This document shows, one piece after another, positions 49,500 to 61,100 of a stretch of DNA of 64,000 nt. Within the stretch, counting starts at the first letter, position 1. Each line of letters opens with the position of its first letter. The notes below the pieces were generated by a model, which saw nothing but the letters and a program-made list of their open reading frames with translations, ran no database searches and had not been told where the DNA came from. Origin of the DNA: Eledone cirrhosa (taxonomy: Eukaryota). The stretch covers positions 141,980,001 through 142,044,000 of the forward strand of contig OZ024743.1 in NCBI GenBank assembly GCA_964016885.1, in the 5' to 3' direction. The position numbers and the translations under genes are program-made.

Positions 49500-52300
49500 G
49501 GTGTTTGGTGCTTGGTGCTTGGTGTTTGGTGCTTGGTGCTTGGTGCTGGGTGGTTGGTGTTTGGTGCTTGGTGTTTGGTGCTGGGTGCTTGGTGCTTGGT
49601 GTTTGGTGCTTGGTGCTTCGTGTTTGGTGCTAGGTGCTTGGGGTTTGGTGTTTGGTGCTTGGTGTTTGGTGTTTGGTGTTTGGTGCTTGGTGCTTGGTAT
49701 TTGGTGTTTGCTGTTTGCTGTTTGGTGTCTGCTTTTTGGTGTTTGGTGTTTGCTGTATGTTGTTTGCTGTTTGGTGTTTGGTGTTTGGTGCTTGGTGTTT
49801 GGTGCTTGGTGCTTGGTGTTTGGTGCTTGGTGCTTGGTGTTTGGTGCCTGGTGCTTGGTGCTTGGTGTTTGGTTTTTGGTGCTTGGTGCTTGGAGTTTGG
49901 TGTTTGGTGCTTGTTGCTTGGTGTTTTGTGTTTGGTTTTTGGTGCTTGGTGCTTGGTGCTTGGTCCTTGGTGTTTGGTGCTGGGTGCTTTGTGTTTGGTG
50001 CTTGGTGCTTTGTGCTTGGTGTTTGGTGTTTGCTGCTTGGTGCTTGGTGCTTGGTGCTTGATGCTTGGTGTTTTGTGTTTGGTGCTTGGTGCTTGGTGTT
50101 TGGTGCTTGGTGCTTGGTGCTAGGTGTTTGTACTTGGTGCTTGGTGTTTGGTTCTTGGTTCTTGGTGTTTGGTACTTGGTGCTTGGTGCTTGGGGCTTGG
50201 TGTTTGGTGCTTGGTGTTTGGTGCTTGGTGCTTGGTGTTTGGTGCTTGGTGTTTGGTGTTTGGTGCTTGGTGCTTGGTGTTTGCTGTTTGCTGTTTGCTG
50301 TTTGGTGTTTGGTGTTTGCTGTTAGCTGTTTGGTGTCTGCTTTTTGGTGTTTGGTGTTTGCTGTATGGTGTTTGCTGTTTGGTGTTTGGTGTTTGCTGTT
50401 TGGTGTTTGGTCTTTGGTGCTTGGTGTTTGGTGTTTGGTGCTTGGTGCTTGGTGTTTGGTGTTTGGTGCTTGGTGCTTGGTGTTTGGTGTTTGGTGCTTG
50501 GTGTCAGGTGCTTGGTGTTTGGTGTTTGCTGTATGGTGTTTGCTGTTTGGTGTTTGGTGTTTGGTATTTGGTGTTTGGTGCTTGGTGCGTGGTGTTTGGT
50601 GCTTGGTGCTTGGTGTTTGGTGCCTGGTGCTTGGTGCTTGTTGTTTGGTGTTTGGTGCTTGGTGCTTGGTGCTTGGAGTTTGGTGTTTGGTGCTTGTTGC
50701 TTGGTGTTTTGTGTTTGGTGTTTGGTTTTTGGTGCTTGGTGCTTGGTGCTTGGTCCTTGGTGTTTGGTGCTGCGTGCTTTGTGTTTGGTGCTTGGTGCTT
50801 TGTGCTTGGTGTTTGGTGCTTGGTGCATGGTGCTTGGTGCTTGGTGTTTGGTGTTTGGTGCTTGGTGCTTGGTGTTTGGTGCTTGGTGCTTGGTGTTTGG
50901 TGCTTGGTGCTTCGTGTTTGGTGCTAGGTGCTTGGGGTTTGGTGTTTGGTGCTTGGTGTTTGGTGTTTGGTGTTTGGTGCTTGGTGCTTGGTATTTGGTG
51001 TTTGCTGTTTGCTGTTTGGTGTTTGTTGTTTGGTGTTTGTTGTTTGGTGTTTGCTGTTTAGTGTTTGGTGTTTGGTGTTTGCTGTTTGGTGTCTGCTTTT
51101 TGGTGTTTGGTGTTTGCTGTATGTTGTTTGCTGTTTGGTGTTTGGTGTTTGGTGCTTGGTGTTTGGTGCTTGGTATTTGGTGTTTGGTGCTTGGTGCATG
51201 GTGTTTGGTGCCTGGTGCTTGCTGCTTGGTGTTTGGTGTTTGGTGCTTGGTGCTTGGTGCTTGGAGTTTGGTGTTTGGTGCTTGTTGCTTGGTGTTTTGT
51301 GTTTGGTTTTTGGTGCTTGGTGCTTGGTGCTTGGTCCTTGGTGTTTGGTGCTGGGTGCTTTGTGTTTGGTGCTTGGTGCTTTGTGCTTGGTGTTTGGTGT
51401 TTGCTGCTTGGTGTTTGGTGCTTGGTGCTTGATGCTTGGTGTTTTGTGTTTGGTGCTTGGTGCTTGGTGTTTGGTGCTTGGTGCTTGGTGCTAGGTGTTT
51501 GTACTTGGTGCTTGGTGTTTGGTTCTTGGTTCTTGGTGTTTGGTACTTGGTGCTTGGTGCTTGGTGCTTGGTGTTTGTTGCTTGGTGTTTGGTGCTTGGT
51601 GCTTGGTGTTTGGTGCTTGGTGTTTGGTGTTTGGTGCTTGGTGCTTGGTGTTTGGTGTTTGCTGTTTGCTGTTTGCTGTTTGCTGTTTGGTGTTTGGTGT
51701 TTGCTGTTTGCTGTTTGGTGTCTGCTTTTTGGTGTTTGGTGTTTGCTGTATGGTGTTTGCTGTTTGGTGTTTGGTGTTTGCTGTTTGGTGTTTGGTCTTT
51801 GGTGCTTGGTGTTTGGTTCTTGGTGCTTGGTGTTTGGTGTTTGGTGCTTGGTGCTTGGTGTTTGGTGTTTGGTGCTTGGTGCTTGGTGTTTGGTGTTTGG
51901 TGCTTGGTGTCAGGTGCTTGGTGTTTGGTGTTTGCTGTTTGGTGTTTGGTGTTTGGTATTTGGTGTTTGGTGCTTGGTGCTTGGTGTTTGGTGCTTGGTG
52001 CATGGTGTTTGGTGCCTGGTGCTTGGTGCTTGTTGTTTGGTTTTTGGTGCTTGGTGCTTGGTGCTTGGAGTTTGGTGTTTGGTGCTTGTTGCTTGGTGTT
52101 TTGTGTTTGGTGTTTGGTTTTTGGTGCTTGGTGCTTGGTGCTTGGTCCTTGGTGTTTGGTGCTGCGTGCTTTGTGTTTGGTGCTTGGTGCTTTGTGCTTG
52201 GTGTTTGGTGTTTGCTGCTTGGTGTTTGGTGCTTGGTGCTTCGTGCTTGGTGTTTTGTGTTTGGTGCTTGGTGCTTGGTGCTTGGTGCTTGGTGTTTGTA
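49500..52300. repeat. Tandem duplication, period about 1.3-1.4 kb
   Basis: 49634/50928 (1294), 50065/51436 and 50124/51495 (1371). TCAGG at 50504/51910 and GCTGCGTGC near 50769/52161. Confidence 0.85.
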
Positions 52301-55300
52301 CTTGGTGCTTGGTGCTTGGTGTTTGGTTCTTGGTTCTTGGTGTTTGGTACTTGGTGCTTGGTGCTTGGTGCTTGGTGTTTGGTGCTTGGTGTTTGGTGCT
52401 TGGTGCTTGGTGTTTGGTGCTTGGTGTTTGGTGCTTGGTGCTTGGTGTTTGGTGTTTGGTGTTTGGTGTTTGCTGTTTGCTGTTAGGTGTTTGGTGTTTG
52501 CTGTTTTGCTGTTTGGTGTCTGCTTTTTGGTGTTTGGTGTTTGCTGCATGGTGTTTGCTGTTTGGTGTTTGGTGTTTGCTGTTTGGTGTTTGGTCTTTGG
52601 TGCTTGGTGTTTGGTGCTTGGTGCTTGGTGTTTGGTGTTTGGTGCTTGGTGCTTGGTGTTTGGTGTTTGGTGCTTGGTGCTTGGTGTCTGGTGCTTGGTG
52701 CTTGGTGCTTGATGTTTGGTGTTTGGTGTTTGGTGCTTGGTGCTTGGTGCTTGGTGTTTGGTGCTTGGTGTTTGGCGTTTGGTGCTTGTTGCTTGGTGCT
52801 TGGTGTTTGGTGCTTGGTGCTTGGTGCTGGGTGCTGGGTGCTTGGTCTTTGGTGCTTGGTGTTTGGTGTTTGGTGCTTGGTGCTTGGTGCTTGGTGTTTG
52901 GTGCTTGGTGATTAGTGTTTGGTGCTTGGTGCTTGGGGTTTGGTGTTTGGTGCTTGGTGCTTGGTGTTTGGTGCTTGGTACTTGGTGTTTGGTGCTTGGT
53001 GTTTGGTGCTTGCTGTTTGGTGTTTGGTGTTTGGTGTTTGGTGTTTGCTGTTTGGTGTCTGCTTTTTGGTGTTTGGTGTTTGCTGTATGGTGTTTGCTGT
53101 TTCGTGTTTGGTGTTTGCTGTTTGCTGTTTGGTGTTTGGTGTTTGCTGTTTGGTGTTTGGTCTTTGTTGCTTGGTGTTTGGTGCTTGGTGTTTGGTGTTT
53201 GGTGCTTGGTGTTTGGTTTTTGGTGCTTGGTGCTTGGTGCTTGGTGTTTGGTGTTTGGTGCTTGGTGCTTGGTGCTTGGTGTTTGGTGCTTGGTGCTTGG
53301 TGTTTGGTGCTGGGTGCTTGGTGTTTGGTGTTGGTGCTTGGTGCTTGGTGTTTGGTGCTGGGTGCTTGGTGTTTGGTGTTCGGTGTTATATGCTTGGTGT
53401 TTGATGCTTGGTGCTTGGTGCTTGTTGTTTGGTGTTTGGTGCTTGGTGTTTGATGCTTGGTGTTTCATGCTTGGGGCTTGGTGCTTGGTGTTTGGTGCTT
53501 GGTGCTTGGTGTTTGTACTTGGTGCTTGGTTCTTTGTGTTTGGTGCTTGGTGCTTGGTGCTTGTTGCTTTGTGTTTGGTGCTTGGTGTTTGGTGCTTGGT
53601 GTTTGGTGCTTGGTGCCTGGTGCTTGGTGCTTGGTGCTTGGTGTTTGGTGCTTGGTGTTTGGTGCTTGGTGTTAGGTGTTTGGTGCTTGGTGCTTGGTGT
53701 TTGGTGTTTGGTGCTTGGTGTTTGGTGCTTGGTGCTTGGTGTTTGGTGTTTGGTGCTTGGTGTTTGGTGCTTGGTACTTGGTGCTTGGTGTTAGGTGTTT
53801 GGTGCTTGGTGCTTGGTGTTTGGTTTTTGGTGCTTGGTGCTTGGTGTTTGTTGTTTGGTGCTTGCTGCTGGCTGCTTGGTGCTTGGTGATTGGTGCTTGG
53901 TGTTTGGTGCTTGGTGTTTGGTGTTTGGTGTTTGGTGCTTGGTGCTTGGTGTTTGGTGCTTGGTGCTGGGTGGTTGGTGTTTGGTGCTTGGTGTTTGGTG
54001 CTGGGTGCTTGGTGTTTGGTGCTTGGTGCTTGGTCTTTGGTGCTTGGTGTTTGGTGTTTGGTACTTGCTGCTTGGTGTTTGGTTCTTGGTGCTTGGTGTT
54101 TGGTGCTTGGTGCTTAGTGTTTGGTGCTAGGTGCTTGGGGTTTGGTGTTTGGTGCTTGGTGTTTGGTGCTTGGTGCTTGGTATTTGGTGTTTGGTGTTTA
54201 CTGTTTGGTGTTTGTTGTTTGATGTTTGTTGTTTGGTGTTTGTTGTTTGGTGTTTGTTGTTTGGTGTTTGCTGTTTGGTGTTTGGTGTTTGTTGTTTGGT
54301 GTTTGCTGTTTGGTGTCTGCTTTTTGGTGTTTGGTGTTTGCTGTATGTTGTTTGCTGTTTGGTGTTTGGTGTTTGGTATTTGGTGTTTGGTGCTTGGTGC
54401 TTGGTGTTTGGTGCTTGGTGCTTGGTGTTTGGTGCCTGGTGCTTGGTGCTTGGTGCTTGGTGTTTGTACTTGGTGCTTGGTGTTTGGTTCTTGGTTCTTG
54501 GTGTTTGGTACTTGGTGCTTGGTGCTTGGTGCTTGGTGTTTGTTGCTTGGTGTTTGGTGCTTGGTGCTTGGTGTTTGGTGCTTGGTGTTTGGTGTTTGGT
54601 GCTTGGTGCTTGGTGTTTGGTGTTTGCTGTTTGCTGTTTGCTGTTTGCTGTTTGGTGTTTGGTGTTTGCTGTTTGCTGTTTGGTGTCTGCTTTTTGGTGT
54701 TTGGTGTTTGCTGTATGGTGTTTGCTGTTTGGTGTTTGGTGTTTGCTGTTTGCTGTTTGGTCTTTGGTGCTTGGTGTTTGGTTCTTGGTGCTTGGTGTTT
54801 GGTGTTTGGTGCTTGGTGCTTGGTGTTTGGTGTTTGGTGCTTGGTGCTTGGTGTTTGGTGTTTGGTGCTTGGTGTCAGGTGCTTGGTGTTTGGTGTTTGC
54901 TCTATGTTGTTTGCTGTTTGGTGTTTGGTGTTTGGTATTTGGTGTTTGGTGCTTGGTGCTTGGTGTTTGGTGCTTGGTGCTTGGTGTTTGGTGCCTGGTG
55001 CTTGGTGCTTGTTGTTTGGTGTTTGGTGCTTGGTGCTTGGTGCTTGGAGTTTGGTGTTTGGTGCTTGTTGCTTGGTGTTTTGTGTTTGGTGTTTGGTTTT
55101 TGGTGCTTGGTGCTTGGTGCTTGGTCCTTGGTGTTTGGTGCTGCGTGCTTTGTGTTTGGTGCTTGGTGCTTTGTGCTTGGTGTTTGGTGTTTGCTGCTTG
55201 GTGTTTGGTGCTTGGTGCTTCGTGCTTGGTGTTTTGTGTTTGGTGCTTGGTGCTTGGTGTTTGGTGCTTGGTGCTTGGTGCTTGGTGCTTGGTGTTTGTA

Positions 55301-57460
55301 CTTGGTGCTTGGTGCTTGGTGTTTGGTTCTTGGTTCTTGGTGTTTGGTACTTGGTGCTTGGTGCTTGGTGCTTGGTGTTTGGTGCTTGGTGTTTGGTGCT
55401 TGCTGCTTGGTGTTTGGTGCTTGGTGTTTGGTGCTTGGTGCTTGGTGTTTGGTGTTTGGTGTTTGGTGTTTGCTGTTTGCTGTTAGGTGTTTGGTGTATG
55501 CTGTTTGCTGTTTGGTGTCTGCTTTTTGGTGTTTGGTGTTTGCTGCATGGTGTTTGCTGTTTGGTGTTTGGTGTTTGCTGTTTGGTGTTTGGTCTTTGGT
55601 GCTTGGTGTTTGGTGCTTGGTGCTTGGTGTTTGGTGTTTGGTGCTTGGTGCTTGGTGTTTGGTGTTTGGTGCTTGGTGCTTGGTGTCTGGTGCTTGGTGC
55701 TTGGTGCTTGATGTTTGGTGTTTGGTGTTTGGTGCTTGGTGCTTGGTGCTTGGTGTTTGGTGCTTGGTGTTTGGCGTTTGGTGCTTGTTGCTTGGTGCTT
55801 GGTGTTTGGTGCTTGGTGCTTGGTGCTGGGTGCTGGGTGCTTGGTCTTTGGTGCTTGGTGTTTGGTGTTTGGTGCTTGGTGCTTGGTGCTTGGTGTTTGG
55901 TGCTTGGTGATTAGTGTTTGGTGCTTGGTGCTTGGGGTTTGGTGTTTGGTGCTTGGTGCTTGGTGTTTGGTGCTTGGTACTTGGTGTTTGGTGCTTGGTG
56001 TTTGGTGTTTGCTGTTTGGTGTTTGGTGTTTGGTGTTTGGTGTTTGCTGTTTGGTGTCTGCTTTTTGGTGTTTGGTGTTTGCTGTATGGTGTTTGCTGTT
56101 TCGTGTTTGGTGTTTGCTGTTTGCTGTTTGGTGTTTGGTGTTTGCTGTTTGGTGTTTGGTCTTTGGTGCTTGGTGTTTGGTGCTTGGTGTTTGGTGTTTG
56201 GTGCTTGGTGTTTGGTTTTTGGTGCTTGGTGCTTGGTGCTTGGTGTTTGGTGTTTGGTGCTTGGTGCTTGGTGCTTGGTGTTTGGTGCTTGGTGCTTGGT
56301 GTTTGGTGCTGGGTGCTTGGTGTTTGGTGTTGGTGCTTGGTGCTTGGTGTTTGGTGCTGGGTGCTTGGTGTTTGGTGTTCGGTGTTATATGCTTGGTGTT
56401 TGATGCTTGGTGCTTGGTGCTTGTTGTTTGGTGTTTGGTGCTTGGTGTTTGATGCTTGGTGTTTCATGCTTGGGGCTTGGTGCTTGGTGTTTGGTGCTTG
56501 GTGCTTGGTGTTTGTACTTGGTGCTTGGTTCTTTGTGTTTGGTGCTTGGTGCTTGGTGCTTGTTGCTTTGTGTTTGGTGCTTGGTGTTTGGTGCTTGGTG
56601 TTTGGTGCTTGGTGCCTGGTGCTTGGTGCTTGGTGCTTGGTGTTTGGTGCTTGGTGTTTGGTGCTTGGTGTTAGGTGTTTGGTGCTTGGTGCTTGGTGTT
56701 TGGTGTTTGGTGCTTGGTGTTTGGTGCTTGGTACTTGGTGTTTGGTGTTTGGTGCTTGGTGTTTGGTGCTTGGTACTTGGTGCTTGGTGTTAGGTGTTTG
56801 GTGCTTGGTGCTTGGTGTTTGGTTTTTGGTGCTTGGTGCTTGGTGTTTGGTGTTTGGTGCTTGCTGCTGGCTGCTTGGTGCTTGGTGATTGGTGCTTGGT
56901 GTTTGGTGCTTGGTGTTTGGTGTTTGGTGTTTGGTGCTTGGTGCTTGGTGTTTGGTGCTTGGTGCTGGGTGGTTGGTGTTTGGTGCTTGGTGTTTGGTGC
57001 TGGGTGCTTGGTGTTTGGTGCTTGGTGCTTGGTCTTTGGTGCTTGGTGTTTGGTGTTTGGTACTTGCTGCTTGGTGTTTGGTTCTTGGTGCTTGGTGTTT
57101 GGTGCTTGGTGCTTAGTGTTTGGTGCTAGGTGCTTGGGGTTTGGTGTTTGGTGCTTGGTGTTTGGTGCTTGGTGCTTGGTATTTGGTGTTTGCTGTTTAC
57201 TGTTTGGTGTTTGTTGTTTGGTGTTTGTTGTTTGGTGTTTGTTGTTTGGTGTTTGTTGTTTGGTGTTTGCTGTTTGGTGTTTGGTGTTTGTTGTTTGGTG
57301 TTTGCTGTTTGGTGTCTGCTTTTTGGTGTTTGGTGTTTGCTGTATGTTGTTTGCTGTTTGGTGTTTGGTGTTTGGTATTTGGTGTTTGGTGCTTGGTGCT
57401 TGGTGTTTGGTGCTTGGTGCTTGGTGTTTGGTGCCTGGTGCTTGGTGCTTGGTGCTTGGT
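51500..57460. repeat. Recent tandem duplication, period about 3.0 kb (2 copies)
   Basis: 52716/55715, 52915/55914, 53408/56407, 53676/56675 and 54131/57130 are all offset by 2999 bp. Shared private variants: GCTGCATGG, TTCGGTGTTATATGC and TTTCATGC. Confidence 0.93.
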
Positions 57461-58179
57461 GTTTGGTGTTTGGTGCTTGGTGCTTGGTGCTTGGAGTTTG
57501 GTGTTTTGTGTTTGGTGTTTGGTTTTTGGTGCTTGGTGCTTGGTGCTTGGTCCTTGGTGTTTGGTGCTGGGTGCTTTGTGTTTGGTGCTTGGTGCTTCGT
57601 GCTTGGTGTTTGGTGTTTGCTGCTTGGTGTTTGGTGTTTGGTGCTTGGTGCTTGGTGTTTTGTGTTTGGTGCTTGGTGCTTGGTGTTTGTACTTGGTGCT
57701 TGGTGCTTGGTGTTTGGTTCTTGGTTCTTGGTGTTTGGTACTTGGTGCTTGCTGCTTGGTGCTTGGTGTTTGGTGCTTGGTGTTTGGTGCTTGGTGCTTG
57801 GTTTTTGGTGCTTGGTGTTTGGTGTTTGTTGCTTGGTGTTTGGTGTTTGATGTTTGGTGTTTGCTGTTTGCTGTTTGGTGTCTGCTTTTTGGTGTTTGGT
57901 GTTTGCTGTATGGTGTTTGCTGTTTCGTGTTTGGTGTTTGCTGTTTCGTGTTTGGTCTTTGGTGCTTGGTGTTTGGTGCTTGGTGTTTGGTGTTTGGTGT
58001 TTGGTGCTTGGTGCTTGGTGTTTGGTGTTTGGTGCTTGGTGCTTGGTGCTTGGTGTTTGGTGTTTGGTGCTTGGTGTCTGGTGCTTGGTGTTTGGTGCTT
58101 GGTGTTTGGTGTCTGGTGTTTGGTGCTTGGTGCTTGGTGTTTGGTGTTTGGTGCTTGGTGTTTCGTGTTTGTTGTTTGG

Positions 58180-61100
58180 TGCTTGTTGCTTGGTGCTTGG
58201 TGTTTGGTGCTTGGTGCTTGGTGTTTGGTGTTATATGCTTGGTGTTTGATGCTTGGTGCTTGGTGTTTGGTGTTTGATGCTTGGTGCTTGATGCTTGGTG
58301 CTTGGTGCTTGGTGTTTGGTGCTTGGTGCTTGGTGTTTGTACTTGTTGCTTGGTGCTTGATGCTTGGTGATTCGTGTTTGGTGCTTGGTTCTTGGTGTTT
58401 GGTGCTTGGTGTTTGGTGCTTGGTGCTTGGTGTTTGGTGCTTGGTGCTTGGTGTTTGGTGTTTGGTGCTTGGTGCTTGGTTCTTGGTGTTTGGTGCTTGG
58501 TGCTTGGTGCTTGGTGTTTGGTGCTTGGTGCTTGGTGTTTGGTGCTTGGTGTTTGGTGCTTGGTGTTTGGTGCTTGGTGCTTGGTGCTTGGTGCATGGTG
58601 CTTGGTGTTTGGTGCTTGGTGTTTGGTGCTTGGTGTTAGGTGTTTGGTGCTTAGTGCTTGGTGTTTGGTGTTTGGTGCTTCGTGTTTGGTGCTTGGTGCT
58701 TGGTGTTTGGTGTTTGGTGCTTGGTGTTTGGTGCTTGCTACGTGGTGCTTGGTGCTTGGTGTTAGGTGTTTGGTGCTTGGTGTGTGGTGTTTGGTTTTTG
58801 GTGCTTGGTGCTTGGTGTTTGGTGTTTGGTGCTTGCTGCTGGCTGCTTGGTGTTTGGTGCTTGGTGATTGGTGCTTGGTGTTTGGTGCTTGGTGTTTGGT
58901 GTTTGGTGCTAGGTGCTTGGTGCTTGGTGTTTGGTGCTTGGTGCTTGGTGTTTGGTGTTTGGTGCTTTGTGCTTGGTGTTTGGTGCTTGGTGCTGGGTGG
59001 TTGGTGTTTGGTGCTTGGTGTTTGGTGCTGGGTGCTTGGTGTTTGGTGCTTGGTGCTTGGTCTTTGGTGCTTGGTGTTTGGTGTTTGGTGCTTGGTGCTT
59101 GGTGCTTGGTGTTTGGTGCTTGGTGCTTGGTGTTTGGTGCTTGGTGCTTAGTGTTTGGTGCTAGGTGCTTGGGGTTTGGTGTTTGGTGCTTGGTGCTTGG
59201 TGCTTGGTGTTTGGTGCTTGGTGCTTGGTGCTTGGTCTTTGGTGTTTGGTGTTTAGTGCTTGGTGCTTGGTGCTTGGTGTTTGGTGCTTGGTGCTTGGTG
59301 CATTGTGATTAGTGTTTGGTGCTTGGTGCTTGGGGTTTGGTGTTTGGTGCTTGGTAATTGATGTTTGGTGCTTGGTGTTTGCTGTTTGCTGTTTGGTGTT
59401 TTTGGTGTTTGCTCTTTGCTGTTTGGTGTCTGCTTTTTGGTGTTTGGTGTTTGCTGTTTGGTGTTTGGTGTTTGGTGTTTGGTCTTTGGTGCTTGGTCTT
59501 TGGTGCTTGGTGTTTGGTGCTTGGTGCTTGGTGTTTGGTGTTTGGTGCTTGGTGCCTGGTGCTTGTTGTTTGGTGATTGGTGCTTGGTGTTTACTGTTTG
59601 GTGTTTGGTGTTTGGTGTTTGCTGTTTGGTGTTTGGTGCTTGGTGCTTGGTGTTTGGTGTTTGGTGCTTGGTGTTTGGTGTTTGGTGTTTGGTGCTTGTT
59701 GCTTGGTGCTTGGTGTTTGGTGCTTGGTGCTTGGTGTTTGGTGTTATATGCTTGGTGTTTGATGCTTGGTGCTTGGTGTTTGGTGATTGATGCTTGGTGC
59801 TTGATGCTTGGTGCTTGGTGCTTGGTGTTTGGTGCTTGGTGCTTGGTGTTTGTACTTGTTGCTTGGTGCTTGATGCTTGGTGATTGGTGTTTGGTGCTTG
59901 GTTCTTGGTGTTTGGTGCTTGGTGTTTGGTGCTTGGTGCTTGGTGTTTGGTGCTTGGTGCTTGGTGTTTGGTGTTTGGTGCTTGGTGCTTGGTTCTTGGT
60001 GTTTGGTGCTTGGTGCTTGGTGCTTGGTGTTTGGTGCTTGGTGCTTGGTGCTTGGTGCATGGTGCTTGGTGTTTGGTGCTTGGTGTTTGGTGCTTGGTGT
60101 TAGGTGTTTGGTGCTTGGTGTTTGGTGCTTGGTGCTTGGTGTTTGGTGTTTGGTGCTTGGTGTTTGGTGCTTGCTACGTGGTGCTTGGTGCTTGGTGTTA
60201 GGTGTTTGGTGCTTGGTGTGTGGTGTTTGGTTTTTGGTGCTTGGTGCTTGGTGTTTGGTGTTTGGTGCTTGCTGCTGGCTGCTTGGTGTTTGGTGCTTGG
60301 TGATTGGTGCTTGGTGTTTGGTGCTTGGTGTTTGGTGTTTGGTGCTAGGTGCTTGGTGCTTGGTGTTTGGTGCTTGGTGCTTGGTGTTTGGTGTTTGGTG
60401 CTTTGTGCTTGGTGTTTGGTGCTTGGTGCTGGGTGGTTGGTGTTTGGTGCTTGGTGTTTGGTGCTGGGTGCTTGGTGTTTGGTGCTTGGTGCTTGGTCTT
60501 TGTTGCTTGGTGTTTGGTGTTTGGTGCTTGGTGCTTGGTGCTTGGTGTTTAGTGCTTGGTGCTTGGTGTTTGGTGCTTGGTGCTTAGTGTTTGGTGCTAG
60601 GTGCTTGGGGTTTGGTGTTTGGAGCTTGGTGCTTGGTGCTTGGTGTTTGGTGCTTGGTGCTTGGTGCTTGGTCTTTGGTGTTTGGTGTTTAGTGCTTGGT
60701 GCTTGGTGCTTGGTGTTTGGTGCTTGGTGCTTGGTGCATTGTGATTAGTGTTTGGTGCCTGGTGCTTGGGGTTTGGTGTTTGGTGCTTGGTAATTGGTGT
60801 TTGGTGCTTGGTGTTTGCTGTTTGCTGTTTGGTGTTTTTGGTGTTTGCTCTTTGCTGTTTGGTGTCTGCTTTTTGGTGTTTGGTGTTTGCTGTTTGGTGT
60901 TTGGTGTTTGGTGTTTGGTGTTTGGTGCTTGGTCTTTGGTGCTTGGTGTTTGGTGCTTGGTGCTTGGTGCTTGGTGTTTGGTGCTTGGTGCCTGGTGCTT
61001 GTTGTTTGGTGATTGGTGCTTGGTGTTTGCTGTTTGGTGTTTGGTGTTTGCTGTTCGCTGTTTGGTGTTTGGTGCTGGGTGCTTGGTGTTTGGTGTTTGA
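58180..61100. repeat. Tandem duplication, period about 1.44-1.51 kb (2 copies)
   Basis: 58913/60349, 59312/60748, GCTACGTGG at 58737/60173 and CATTGTGATTAG at 59301/60737 are all offset by 1436. TATATGC at 58232/59745 is offset by 1513. Confidence 0.9.

Noticed and set aside
26305-56467. Long - strand ORFs (500-1048 aa) of TKHQ[A/T]P[S/N] heptads resembling mucin-like or CTD-like proteins
   Set aside because: They are the reverse complement of the same satellite. ATG starts come from sporadic CAT variants, DNA periodicity is 7 rather than a multiple of 3, there is no codon-position bias, and ORFs run across frameshifting 6-mers without changing peptide type.
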